Part shown: piece after piece, positions 1 through 13,399 of the stretch | Position numbering within the stretch: the first letter of the stretch is position 1 | Layout: every line of letters starts with the position of its first letter | Source of the DNA: Eledone cirrhosa | Lineage: Eukaryota | DNA length: 64,000 nt | Assembly (NCBI GenBank): GCA_964016885.1 | Contig: OZ024741.1 | Location: 36,580,001-36,644,000 of the forward strand | Reading direction: 5' to 3' | The notes under the pieces: model-generated | What the model saw: only the letters and a program-made list of their open reading frames with translations | The model's database searches: none | What the model was told of the DNA's origin: nothing | Made by a program: the position numbers and the translations under genes

Positions 1-1027
1 TGAATTAAAAGCGCAGGGAGAACTGACGCAAATACTGCAAGGCATGTTGTCCTATCCTCTAGTTACTCTGACATTTCTCTGTTATCAATATCACCCAAAT
101 TTAATATGTAAGTGGCTGAGCATTCCACAGACACTTGCACCCTTAATATAGTTCTCAGGGAGATTCACCATGACACAATGTGTGACTAGGCTAGCTCCTT
201 GAGTTACTAGTACAACTCAATTTTGTCAGCTGAGTGGACTGGAGTACCCACATATATTAGCTCTAATGACACTGCCATCAATACCATACAACATATATTA
301 GCTAAGCTAAACCATAAAGTCTATAATTATCAAGACAAAGGACTAACTCTAAGATTGTAACAAGCAGTACATCTGAGATTCCACTTTTTTTTTGTGAGCC
401 ATTGAAGGAGCCTCCACATAGTCGCTTGATTTGCTAGAAATAGCAGCCAAATCTCTCTAAAATTACACACCATCAATGGTTAAAGAATTTACTTCATAAC
501 CACATGGTTTTAGGTTCAATTCCACAGAGCGGCACCTTGGGACAGTGTCTTCTGCTAAAGTTTCAGGGTGACTAATACCTTGCAAATGAAATTTGGTTGA
601 CAGAAACTGTGTGGGAGCCTGTTGTGTGTATGTGTATATGTGTCCCTGTTTGTGCTCACTGCTCATTTATGCCCTGTAACATAGCAGTTCAACAAAAAGA
701 TATTGATAAAATAAACACCAGATTTGAAAATATAAGTATTGGGTTTCGATACAATTGATAAATTTCCTTCAAGCTAGTGCCCCAGAATGACCGCAGTCTA
801 ATGACTGAAACTAGTAAAAATAGAAGAATTAGAAAGAATGAATATAGTCTTAAAAAATGAACGTGAAAGAACATATTAGATAGTGTTGTCTGGAAAAATA
901 CTAGATGATCATGGCTGGAATAACTTTAAAGGCCTCTTCAGTCATGGTTGACTTTGGGTTAAACATCAATAGCAACAACAATACAACTAGCTTACCTTGA
1001 CCACTATTTTATAACAATACTTTAAAC

Positions 1028-1549
1028 CAGGGATCCCTAACTGTCTCTCTAGGGCTGCATGCGGTCCTCAGAACAAGAAAAGAATTATGCTCTTATCCAG
1101 CAGATTGCATGTAGCCAGCAACAGCATGACAAGATATTTTGCTACATTTCAAATATTTGCGCCAATTTTTATATAAATTCAAACTACGTTGCAAAGTAGT
1201 AGTAGTAGTAGTCGTATATTTTTCTCTGTCTCTTGGTATGTCCATATATATGTGTGTATGGAAAAAGAATTCTGCATATAGGCAATGGAACTTCAAAAGG
1301 ACAAAAAACGTGTGTGTGTGTGTTACTCTATGTCCTTCAACATATAGGTAACGCGACAAACTTCTAACAACTTTCTCAGTAAAACACGTGTGTCTAATGA
1401 GTATTGATTGAAAACAGCAATTTTGAGTGTAAGTCTTTCATCATAAAAACGACAACTGTTTTCATTAGTATGGATAATTTTAATGTGGCCCTCATCAAAA
1501 TTTGGAATGTTAATGTGGTCCTTGCATGCAAAAAGGTTGAGGACCTCTG
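1028..1549. mobile_element. Old hAT/Charlie-type MITE
   Basis: Ends cagggatccctaac / gttgaggacctctg with gcggtcc/gtggccc subterminal motifs; TSD decayed. Confidence 0.5.
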
Positions 1550-1624
1550 TTTTAGATAATCTACCATAGAGTGAGGAGAAGAGATTCTGAGAGAAAGAAG
1601 TGGTGTGTATTATTTTACCACGTT

Positions 1625-1812
1625 GGGCGGTGGATTGGCAGTATCGGTAGAGGGTCGGACGCCATGCTTTCCAGCATAGTTACGTCCCTTTACGATCTGA
1701 GTTCAAATCCCGCCGAGGTTGACTTTGCCTTTCATCCTTACGGGGTCGATAAAATAAAGTACCAGTAATGCACTGGGTAATTGCTGGCCTTGTGCCTAAA
1801 GTAGAAACAATT
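1625..1812 (+). mobile_element. Deu/Nin-domain tRNA-derived SINE
   Basis: B-box gagttcaaatcc followed by gccgaggttgactttgcctttcatccttacggggtcgataaaataaagtaccag. Inverted copies at ~1-75, 4055-4240, 20635-20780 and 56650-56870. Confidence 0.7.
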
Positions 1813-1979
1813 ATTTTACCATGTTGGGTCACTGCCACAAATGGATTTATTCAATCATATCAGTCCCAGTAGTATTTTTCCTTTTTTTTTTTTGTATCTG
1901 GGACTTATTTTATGAATCTCTTTTGTCAAATTGTTAAGTTGCAGGACATAAATAAACAGTAAACCTAAAAGCAAACATG

Positions 1980-2016
<37 letters not shown>

Positions 2017-2017
2017 A

Positions 2018-2064
<47 letters not shown>
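1980..2064. repeat. (CA)n microsatellite
   Basis: Directly visible. Confidence 0.97.
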
Positions 2065-2068
<4 letters not shown>

Positions 2069-3558
2069 TAAACTTCAGCCAAATTCCCAACTAAAATAAG
2101 TTTGGAACTGTATGAATAAAACTGACTTATTTTAGTTGGTCTAGCTTATATCACCCCCCAATAGGGATTTTGGCTTAAATTTAATATATTTAAATACCTC
2201 TCTGAGTAACTTTATAAATTGATATTTGTGTGTGTGTGTGATAGGCTTCTGCACACTTTTTGTCTATGAAATTTCACGCACAAGGCATTGGTCAATCCAA
2301 GGCTATAGTAGAAGAAACTTGCCCAAGGTGCCATGTGGATGTGAAGCAAACTCCTTAACCACACGACTATGCTTATGCTCATATATGTAAATTATGATGA
2401 TGATGATGATGATCTTTGATTCCCATTCACTAATCAATTTTCACCGTTCAACTTTAACCTGTTCAAGCTGGACTCATTGCCAACACTAATATTTTTAAAT
2501 CTAAGCACGCACTATGTAAATATGAAATTATGCAGACAAGTAAATTAGGCAGATTTAACCAAACCATCACTCTTACTCACCGCTACATTATCTTTAAACC
2601 TTCTGCTCTATCTCCCCTCTTTCTTTGCAAGTGTAATTGCTTTCTAAGCGATTAGACTTGTAGACTTTAACATTTTTGTATTTTAAGCACATCCCTGTTG
2701 AAATCTTTTCCATTAACCCTTTCATTACCATTTCTCTGCTGCTAATTAAAAAAAGATATTGCCTATGGTTTACAAATAATTTTGAAAACCTGCTCAAATT
2801 TACTTACAAACAGTTAAAAGAATTTATTTTAAAATAATTCATCACTATTTGCATATTCAAAAAAGAGAAAAGCAATGAAAAAGAAAGAAAAATATGAAAT
2901 TGTGAAAATAAGAGAGGGAGTAGTAGAGTCTATGCCCTAATCTAAGGGGTGTATATTTCAGCTGCACCCCACTGAGAAAATGACAAAATACATTGCCATG
3001 TAGAACAGTTAGTGACACCTCCTGCATCAACCACTCTCACATGGTTCTTTCCTCAGGCAGGATAGTCTTCTGATTTTGTGGAAGAAAATGGCTGTTCAGA
3101 GACTGAGGACACCTGATGTGTCAATGGCAACCAGAACAGGAAGGAAACATAACTAACTCCCTCATTATTTATCTGGTATTTGGAACATAACAAAGATACA
3201 TTGGTGAAATTATGATGGAAGATTTTTAGATAAATGTGCACAAATAAACAGTTTTTCATCATAGAACCATGGATGGTTTCAGTTAGTTTAGTATCAACTG
3301 GTTCTCTCTCTCTCTCTCACAGTTTTTAACTAAAAGAAATGGACCTTAAAATGACATGTGCTTATGCACGCCCACATATATAAAGCAAATTATTGGTTAT
3401 ATAACACTGGTTGATCACATCTCTATTCACTTTATATGTATATCAGTGGTGTAAAGAAATATACATCAATGATGTCTTACACAGAATAAAAATGTCTTTC
3501 ACGTGTACAAAATATATTTTACTATTGGCTGGCTGTAATTATAATGTCCATTAGATTA

Positions 3559-3733
3559 TGAAGGTCAGCTAAAAAGTTCATAGGTTGACCAAGATACTCT
3601 CATGGAATGACCAAATGAGGTTCATTTTTCAACATGGTCCCTGAAAGAAACAACGCAGTTATTAATAAGAAGATTTCACAGTTCTAGCATCGCTCCTTCA
3701 TAGTCAGCCTATGAACTATTCAGCCAACCTTTG
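3559..3733. mobile_element. Mariner-derived MITE
   Basis: TA-flanked imperfect TIRs tgaaggtcagctaaaaagttcataggttgac / gtcagcctatgaactattcagccaacctttg; shares sequence with 21185-21295. Confidence 0.7.
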
Positions 3734-5573
3734 TATATTGTCATCATCATTATCACCGTTTAACGTCCATTTTTCCATGTTGGCATGGGTTATACAAGTT
3801 CTCCTATCGTGAGCAATATCAGGTCAGGTGACCATGTTATGCTCATGCAGAACCAATTTTGGCTAGGTTTCTACAGCTGGATGCCCTTCCTAGCGCCAAC
3901 CACATTTACAGTGAGTACTAGGTGCTTTTTGTCGTGACACCTACACGACCACTTTACAGTGTAAACTGGGTGCTTTTTGCCATGATAGTTACACGTCAGT
4001 GTAGTCTAGAGGCTTCACTGGATGTATACTTCAGCTTGTCCTCATGTCAGTCATTTGATAATTGTTTCTACTTTTGGCACAGGGCCAGCAATTATCCTAG
4101 TGCATTACTGGTGCTTTATTTTATCGACCCTGTAAGGACAAAAAGCAAAGTTAACCTAGGCGGAATTTGAACTCGGAACGTAAAGGGTCATTACTCTATG
4201 CTGCAAAGCATGATGTCTGACGCTCTACCGATACTGCCAATCTTAATAATTGTTTCTGCTTTTGGCACAAGGCCAGCAATTATCCCAATGTATTACTGCC
4301 AATCTTAATAATTAACAGCACTAGTTAATCTGTTGTTTGTTTTGGACATAAAATAACATTGCTATAATCCCAGGGCATTGCTATACTGTGCTGGCAATGA
4401 TTGGGATTATTTTTGCTGGCTGGTCATGCTTGGGGATCCAAGCATGGAGACAGTTGCTTCTGACAAGAACCGCTGGAAGGAGTGTTTGAGGACTCTGCCC
4501 CTCACAACCCTCTCAGGCATAAGTGGGCAAAGAAGAAGAGAACTTTTCTATCTATTGAACCCTTTCATAATCATATTTCTAATGAAAGACAGATTATAAT
4601 TTTCAAATCATTTTGAAAGTATTCAAAAACTTGGAGGCATTTAGTAATATAACAAACTTTCTCATTGTCAAGCTGGTGTTTAGAATATCACATAACAAAG
4701 ATTCTTACATAAAGTTGTGAGGAATATTTTTAGATAAATATAAACACTTTAATCCCATTCATTACTATATTTCTAACGAAAGTCACTGCATGTGATCTTC
4801 AGTTAAATTTGAATATTTAAGAATTTGCCAGGATAAAATAACTAACTTTCTTTCTAATCATTAACCTTAAAAAAGGTTTTACATAAAATTATGATGGAAG
4901 GTTTTTAGATAAATATATAGTTTTATATCATAGTTTCAGGTGGTTCAGTAATGAAATTGTTGAACGCTACTTCAAACAAAGTTGCAAACAGTAGTTACAA
5001 GAAGCAACATGTGGCTTATGTAAACTGCATGAAACTGTTATAATAGTTATAAATGAAGTGTGGAACTCTCTATTGTGAGGTACAAAACTCATGCTTTTCC
5101 TCTTGTCAGTCAATTTTGCTTTGAAAAAACAATCCACATGTCATTGAATTTTTTTGAATTGTACTAATCTTTTCTCCTGACTTTTATCCCAATACTTTCC
5201 TTTAACAAGTGGTCACTAAATATTTGCCATCAACGATAACAAATATCGACCAAGTTAATCAATGAATTAAAGAGCTGATATAAATATTGTTCTTGAGATG
5301 TTTGTAATGTTTGTATAATTATGTGTTACTAATTATATTTAATTTATTATTGATATTTTTCTTTACATCATGTTTTTTAATACCCCTCTTTTTCCATTTA
5401 TTATGAAAACTTCTCTCATAACCCCACCCAACATCAATACAAAGGTAAATGAATACAACAAATCAAAGAGACCATGACCCACCAAATGAAACACAATTAC
5501 TCTGCTACTAATACTGCACTTAACATAATTTATCATGTAAAACTAACCACTTAACAAAATATAACCCATATTA

Positions 5574-5944
5574 AGGCACATGGCTTAGTGGTTAGAGCAT
5601 TGGCCTTGCAATCGAAAGGTTGTGAGTTCAATTCTCAGACCGGGTGATGTGTTGTTTCCTTGAGCAAGATACTTTATTTCACATTGCTCCAGTTTACTCA
5701 GTTGTAGAAATGAGATGATAGGGACTGGGGTCCCTATCATTCCACTGCAAAGTGGTCGTGGAGGTGCCACGGCAAAAAAGCACCCAGCCCACACTGTAAA
5801 GTGGACGTATAGCACCCAGCACTCACTATAAATGAGGTTGGTGTTAGGAAGGACATCCAGCTGTAGAAATCAAGCTAGAATCATTTCCCATCCCACCCTT
5901 GCAAGCAGGGAAAAGCGGACGTAAAATGAAATGATGATGATGAT
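5574..5944 (+). mobile_element. tRNA-derived CORE-type SINE with RTE-derived 3' tail
   Basis: A-box tggcttagtgg, B-box gagttcaattc, CORE-like ttgagcaag...ccagtttactcagttgtagaaatg, a tail shared with the RTE 3' UTR and (GAT)n. Confidence 0.85.
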
Positions 5945-7261
5945 TAAAACTTTAGCTATACTAACACTATACTAAATTAATTATATCAAGTCAGAAACCC
6001 TCTGGATATTAGTCCACACTGTATCAGAGGCATGACACTATAATATATATATATAAAGTAGTTGTTTTGGTGCAATGACTAAAAGCGTCAAGTCCACACT
6101 GTAAAGTATTTGTGTTGGCGACAGAAAGCGCCCAGTCAACACTGTAGAGTGGTCATGTTGGTGACGCAACAAAAAGTGCCCAATCCACACTGTAAAGTGG
6201 TTGCTGTCAGGGCAAAAAACGCCCAGTCCACTCTGTAAAGTCGTCGTTTTGGTGCCATAATAAAAGACACCCAACCCACACTGTAAATGTGGTTGACGTT
6301 AGGAAGGACATCCAGCTGTAGAAACCAAACCAGAAACAGTTTTGAATGAGCAAGACATAGTCATCTAATCTGACTTTTCTAACAGTAGGATAACCCGTTT
6401 AACCCATGCTAGCATAGAAAATGATGATAATATAAATTTTCACTCACAATCCCATCCAACAACAGATGAGTAAATGAATACCATAAACCCAAACCAACCA
6501 AGATCCACCACACAAATACCATTACTCAACCACAAAACATAACTTTTAGCACAATAAATCAATATCCACCACAAGCAAATCAGTCACCTAATATTTCATG
6601 TCTAATCAACAAACTCATAACCAAAAAATAAATCCCAACCAAATTTAAGCATATCATAGAAAGACAATAACATAATAAAAACCTACCCACTATGGTGTTA
6701 CTAAGAGGACAAACTTATATAACAGGCCACAATCATCTTCATTACACAGGTTCAGTAATTCATTAACAACCACACATACACAAGATTTTTTAAATACAAA
6801 TTACTACATCACATTAAAAAAACAGACTTTCCTGTAGTACTATTAATTTTCACAATTCATCCATTAGTAAAGATGCTATAAACATTTGAATAAAGAAACT
6901 TATTTTTAGACATTTTCTGTTCAATCACAGTGCAATGTTTAGAGTCAGTAGAACTAGCTCTGAGCAATGCATTATTTATGCAAATCAGAATTTCCAATTT
7001 AGTAAAGCCCTTAACCATACTAGCTATAAATATCTCTGTGGACATTTACAGACAGTTGCTTAGTTCCTGAAAAGATACAAGCAAGATTGAATCCAGTTGG
7101 ACTGACCCCTCTTTTTCTGTTCACAAAGATAGTATACGAAATGATAATTGTTTATAATTCAATTACGAACACAGAGTCGACTAAAAACCTTAAATTTACA
7201 TCAAAATATATTACAGCCTCAAAATCTATGCTTACTTAACTTCTCAAACTTTTCATTACCA

Positions 7262-7749
7262 TCTTAACTATAATAAAGGAAGGTCTGCGGGATTGCGTCC
7301 AGAATATATATTTTTACCCCGTTTGTAAAATAAGTTGGATTACTTTGAATAAATAATGAATGAATATTACATAATTTATGTGCTAAATTTTGTGGCTGTT
7401 GATTAAATATATTTTATAGCATATTTAAAGATCTTTAAAATTTAATTCTTTAAAATTATCAAATGTCAACACTTCCGGTTAGTGGCCGTTATATTATAAC
7501 ACTTATAATCGCATATATTTCCGTCGCTAATTTTCTCCTAATGCAGTTTATATATAATATCGTCTTTTTTTAAATGTATTATGGATTACATTACTGATTA
7601 CGTAAGACAGTGTAACACAGTCTTCATTCAATTTCTGTGTATATTGTCAATTACGATTTTATTTACATGCATATATATTTGTGTATAATATCAATATACA
7701 CACTACACATGCTAGCAGAAAACCACCCGTAGAGTGGTTTTTCTGCTAG
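7262..7749 (+). mobile_element. Non-autonomous Helitron, copy 1
   Basis: A|TCTTAACTATAATAAA 5' end, 3' hairpin and CTAG|T end, no TSD. A second, inverted copy lies at 21688-22189. Confidence 0.88.
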
Positions 7750-8017
7750 TATTTCTAAAGAAAAACACTGCCTTATAATTTTCAAATAATTTGAACGGGT
7801 TTAATAATATAACTAACCTTTGTGTTATTAAACTAGTATTTGAAACATAACTTTAAAAAGATTCTTACATAAAATTGTGATGGAATATAAATACGTTAAA
7901 ATAAGCAGCTTTGTTTCATAAAACAAGATGTGGTTACAGGTGATTTAATATCAAAAAGGAAAAATATTTTAGTAGGATGTATATACTACACATATCCTTG
8001 TACCTAGCTAAAATAAA

Positions 8018-8247
8018 TATTTTCTAGAATGCATAGAAATATTTTGACTGTTTGATGAAACAGAGGATCTCTTTGTAAAGATTTAGAAATATATATTGTC
8101 AAAAAAAAAATTCAATAAAATAACTTTTGGACCTATTTTCTAGAATGCATAGAAATATGTTGACTGATAAAACAGAGGATCTCTTTGTAAAGATTTAGAA
8201 ATTTATATTGTCAAAAAAAAATAATTCAATAAAATAACTTTTGGACC
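8018..8247. repeat. ~115-bp direct duplication
   Basis: tattttctagaatgcatagaaatat...aataacttttggacc occurs twice. Confidence 0.9.
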
Positions 8248-9439
8248 ATGAAGAAATTTTATGAAAACACTTTAGTAATAGAATTCCTATGTAATATTGT
8301 TTTATATATAATTGAATAAAGTAATAAAAAGGAATTAAAATTCACATGACATAATTGAAATATTTGTTAATAATGCACACAGACACATACAACCTGTTAT
8401 TTACTTACACTCACACACATGTACATACACTCATGTGAGTGTATGTGGCAGCTAGCCACTAATATTCACCATAAAAAGATGGCAATGAAGATTTGCACAA
8501 ACATATATGTGTACATACACTGAGAGACATGTGCAAAAGCTTGCCACCAATAGATGCCATGTAATTAACACTAGATAATGTCATGTACCATATCAAACCC
8601 TGTTAGCAAGTCATTTCTTGAAAAATACAAAATAGCACTATGACTGCAGCACATGAAAAATTAAAGTCTTTCCTCTAATGATGTCAATTTTCTCAGTGAT
8701 TTGTCTATTAGAAAAGGTACTATAAGTATTTGAAATCATACCGGTTGTTAAGAGTTAAGGACATGATCATTTCGGAGAAAGATGCATCTTTTTCTCCTCA
8801 GGATCCAAGTAATACCTGATGACTATGTTTACTGGTTCCACTAGAAATTGCCGCCAGTGTTCAAGCCAATTAACCCTTTAGATACCAAACTGCCCCAGAT
8901 ACTACTATATGAAGTCATTTGTTTTAAAATGATCATAGAGGTAGACTAAAGAAGACCTGGGCAGAGGTGAGAGCTGAGACTCACAAAGGAGATGATAAAG
9001 TTTACGTGGTGAATGGAGAGATACTGAAAAGAACCCGTCCACACCTGAAAAATGGGCATAAAAATGATGATGATATTTAAATTTAGCCATTTTGTTTTTG
9101 TAATTTATATATAATATAAAAGAAGGTTGTTTATTGGTTGGTTGGTTGAATCACACGAAAACTACACCCACCCACACACGAATACATACACACACATCTA
9201 AAGAGAGAGAGGCTCAGTGAGATAGGCCATTATACAGAGAGATACAATTAAAGTGTTAGATATTCAGAGAGAGAGAAAAAGTGCCATCCCACATCAGCTT
9301 AAACTATAGATCAAAGTATATCAGTTGAAGGTTTAACAATATTGTGTTAGCTTTTATAAAGTAGTTTTAGTCTTTGATTTTACAGAACAAAGAAAAATTG
9401 ATACTATTTAAAATCAATCTACCCTCCAGCTTTTATCTA

Positions 9440-9635
9440 TATACTACTTACAGACCGTACTAACGAAGCAACACTTCAGAAGCAATGTTATGCAGTATAT
9501 TGCTGTATTTCAGATGGCATCCTTTGGAGCTGAAAAAGATCATACTGACTATGGTTATTTCACAACATTTAAAATCCAAGGCCAATGCTACCATTAAATT
9601 GGCAGTTTACACCCCCAGCCTAATAAGGAAGTTTT
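9440..9635 (+). pseudogene. Fragment of a Helitron Rep/helicase protein N-terminal region
   Basis: Translates (one frameshift, one stop) to LLTDRTNEA-FRSNVMQYIAVFQMASFGAEKDHTDYGYFTTFKIQGQCYH*IGSLHP, matching the Helitron motif N..Y...FQMTSFG...FKIQGQ.YH.IGSL.P. Confidence 0.75.
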
Positions 9636-10370
9636 ATGATTGTTTTTTTTTTTTGTCTCACGCACACACGCATTATGGTCTCACCTCATACCAGACAACA
9701 CATCCAATACAGTCGTTTTGTCTTTTATCCGTCTTCTCTTAACTGTTCTCCTGGGACTTCTTCCTTTCCCCAAAAAATTGATGGCCTTGGACTTAAATTA
9801 GAAACAATTATCATAATTTTATATGAGAACCATTTATTCAGTTATGTTCCAAAGACCAGCATAATAATAAGAAAATTAATTTTACTAATTAAGTCCAAAT
9901 TCTTATATATATAAGCATGGAAAAATAGGCATTAAACAATCATGATGATATTCATCATCATCTAATGTCTATCTTCCACGCGAGCATGGGTTAGACAGGA
10001 GTTGTCCCACTTTAGGCAAGATTGGTCGGGTGACCATGTCTCCCTCGTATAGGACTGTCTGGCAGGTTTTCTACGGCTGGATGCTCTTCCTAACACCAAC
10101 CAGATTTACAGTGTGGACTGGGAGCTTTTTACCGTGTTACCTACACGGCCACATTACAGCGTGGGCTGTGTGTTTTTTGTTGTGACACCTACATGACCTC
10201 ATTAGTTTGGACTGGATGTTGTGGTACCAACATAACTTTATAGAGAAAGGGTGGTGTTGGTGGATGGAGTAGGGGTAGTCATCATCATCATCATTCCATT
10301 TTATGTCCGCTTTTTCCCTTCTTACAAGGGTGAGACGGGAACAGATTCTGGCTTGATTTCTACAGCTGGA

Positions 10371-10710
10371 TCATCATCATCATCATTTCATGTTACGTCC
10401 GCTTTTTCCCTGCTTGCAAGGGTGGGACGGTAACTGATTTGGCTTGATTTCTACAGCTGGATGCCCTTCATAACACCAACCTCATTAACAGTGAGTGGTG
10501 GGTGCTTTTTTGCCGTGGCACCACCACGGCCACTTTGCAGTGGAATGATATGGACCCCAGTCCCTATCATCTCATTTCTACAGCTGATTAAACTGGAGCA
10601 ATGTGAAATAAAGTGTCTTGCTCAAGGAAACAACACATCACTCGGTCTGAGAATTGAACTCACAACCTTTCGATTGCAAGGCCAATGCTCTAACCATTAA
10701 GCCATGTGCC
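10371..10710 (-). mobile_element. CORE-type SINE copy
   Basis: Reverse complement of the 5574-5944 family. Confidence 0.85.
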
Positions 10711-10927
10711 TCCATATATATATATAGAGAATTTAATGGTTGTTTTACCTGCTATCAAGGGCTGGTGTGTGTATGTGTATGTGTATATATGTATAGAATT
10801 TAATGGTTGGTTTACCTGCTATCAAGATTTGGTGTGTGTATGTGTATATATGTATATATATATAGAATTTAATGGTTGTTTTACCTGCTATCAAGGGCTG
10901 GTGTGTGTATGTGTATATATGTATATA

Positions 10928-11265
10928 TCATCATCATCATCATTTCATTTTACGTCCGCTTTTTCCCTGCTTGCAAGGGTGGGACGGGAACTGATACTGG
11001 CTTGATTTCTACAGCTGGATGCCCTTCCTAACACCAACCTCATTTACAGTGATTGCTGGGTGCTCTTTTGCCGTGGCACCTCCACGACCACTTTGCAGTG
11101 GAATGATAGGGACCTCAGTCCCTATCATCTCATTTCTACAGCTGAGTAAACTGGAGCAATGTGAAATAAAGTGTCTTGCTCAAGGAAACAACACATCACC
11201 CGGTCTGAGAATTGAACTCACAACCTTTCGATTGCAAGGTCAATGCTCTAACCACTAAGCCATGT
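10928..11265 (-). mobile_element. CORE-type SINE copy
   Basis: Reverse complement of the 5574-5944 family. Confidence 0.85.
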
Positions 11266-11329
11266 ATATATAAACCATATATATATATAATTTAATGGTT
11301 GTTTTACCTGCTATCAAGGGCTGGTGTGT

Positions 11330-11364
<35 letters not shown>

Positions 11365-11589
11365 CCAAGGGCGGTGCCCCAGCATGGCCTCAGCCGGATG
11401 GCTGAAACAGGTAAAAGAGAATATATATATATATATAATTTAATGGTTGTTTTACCTGCTATCAAGAGCTGGTGTATGTATGTGTGTATATATATATATA
11501 TGTATATATAATTTAATGGTTGTTTTACCTGCTATCAAGGGCTGGTGTGTGTATATATATATATAAGTGTATATATATATATAAGTACC

Positions 11590-12513
11590 ACCAATCTCTG
11601 GGAGGGCCCTGTAGAAACAGTAGACAGCTTCTGCTACCTAGGTGACCGAATTAGCAACGGAGGTGGGTGCTCAGAAAGTACAATAACTAGGGTAAGAACG
11701 GGATGGAAGAAGTTTAGGGAACTACTACCACTGCTAGCTGCAAAAGGCTTCTCCCTCAGAATGAAAGGCAGACTGTATGATGCGTGTATCCGAACAGCGA
11801 TGTTGCATGGTAGTGAGACCTGGGCGCTGAAGGTGGAAGACTTACGTAGATTAGAGAGAAACGAAGCCTGCATGCTCCGATGGATGTGTAACAGTAATAT
11901 ACGTGAACGACAAAGCATAAAGGAATTGAGAGAGAGACTGAGCATAAGAGGAATCAAATGGTGCGTGCAGGAGAGGCGGTTACGCTGGTATGGACATGTG
12001 ATGCGTATGAAGGATGACAGCTGCATAAAAAGGTGCAGAGCACTAGAAGTTGATGGAAACCGCGGAGTGGGGAGACCCAAGATGACTTGGGATGAGGTGA
12101 TAAAAGCCGACCTTACCCAACTACACCTCTCAAAGTCAATGACACACGACCGTGACTTCTGGCGTCACGCAGTAATACAGGGTACCCGACCTCCCAAGGG
12201 TACATGCTGAAGCATATAAACAATATGCCCCCCCCCCCCCACCGCAAGGTGGTCGTGGAGGTGCCACGGCAAAAAAGCACCCAGCCCACACTGTAAAGTG
12301 GACGTGTAGGCGCCACGAAAAAGCACCCAGCACTCACTGTAAATGAGGTTGGTGTTAGGAAGGGCATCCAGCTGTAGAAATCAAGCCAGATCAGTTCCTG
12401 TATGAGCAAGGCATGGTCAGCCGACCAGACACTGCCCACAACAGGACAACCCGTCTAACCCATGCTAGCGTGGAAGAACGGACGTAAAACGGTGATGATG
12501 ATGATGATGATGA
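11590..12513 (+). mobile_element. 5'-truncated RTE LINE (subfamily related to the 38-41 kb copy)
   Basis: ORF 11545-12210 (VDSFCYLGD...RLRWYGHV...GRPKMTW), 3' UTR and (GAT)n tail. Confidence 0.9.
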
Positions 12514-12747
12514 TATATAATTTAATGGTTGTTTTACCTGCTATCAAGGGCTGGTGTGTGTATGTGTTACTAAAGCTACATCAGTGTTGACCTAGTGTTG
12601 AACAACGACAATAAACATTGCAGCTGCAAGCTTTTAATTCCTTTGGAGTGACTACATGTTAATGATTTGTTATATTGTGTATATATATATTGTTATGGCT
12701 AGGTGGAGAGACTTATTACTCTGGAGTTTCACCTGTACACTCAGGAT

Positions 12748-13183
12748 CCTCATCATCATCATCATTTTATGTCCACTTTTCCCTGCTTGCAAGGGTGGGA
12801 CAGGTCCTATTCAGCACAGCATCTCTCCACTTGTCATGGTCCTTCATCATCTCACCGTGAGCTTCAGCGATCTGAAGTCTGCTCTCACCACCTCCGCCCA
12901 TGTGTTTCGTGGTCTTCCTCTACTGCGTCTTCCTTCAACTGGCATTTTCTGGCACTTCTTTACCCAGCGGTCATCCTCCATGCGCATCACATGTCCATAC
13001 CATCGCAGTTTTCTCTCCTGCACATTACAACTTATCCCTCTTAAACTGTTTCTCTCTCAACACATCCATGCTCGGTCGTTCACGCACATTGACATTACAC
13101 ATCCAATGGAGCATGCTTGCCTCATTTCTCTCCAGCCGTCGCATAACCTCTGCAGTTGCTGCCCAAGTCTCACTACCATGCAG
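12748..13183 (-). mobile_element. RTE LINE 3' fragment
   Basis: HGSETWA...RRLERNEASML peptide on the - strand and (CAT)n at ~12751. Confidence 0.8.
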
Positions 13184-13399
13184 ACATTGCAAAATCAAAA
13201 ATGAAAAACAGAGAACAATGACCCAGTGAAATAGAAGTATCTTCAATATATCGGATGTTATCTTCATCATCACCACTTCATATCTATTTTTCTGAGGGTA
13301 GACATATCAGTTTACTACATCTTGCTCATATGGTCCATTCAGGTGCTAGGGAAAGTCACATGGTCACTGCAGTGGTGGTGGGGTGGTGGGGAGAGCATA

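Larger units (their letters stand above)
10715..12570. repeat. ~70-bp tandem array (aatttaatggttgttttacctgctatcaagggctggtgtgtg + (TA)n), 7 copies, broken by SINE/LINE insertions
   Basis: Units near 10727, 10795, 10864, 11287, 11437, 11509 and 12517. Confidence 0.85.

Noticed and set aside
300-360. Possible upstream SMC6 exon (…YNYQDKGLTLR)
   Set aside because: Only superficial similarity, no phase-0 donor and an in-frame stop.
5574-5650. tRNA gene (also 14237, 19576 and 59061)
   Set aside because: These are tRNA-like SINE heads that continue into CORE and RTE-tail sequence, with no complete acceptor stem.
6857-7069. Minus-strand acceptor (ttttcag) plus a 62-aa ORF
   Set aside because: All frames from the acceptor reach stops quickly, no clear donor, and the peptide is unrecognised.
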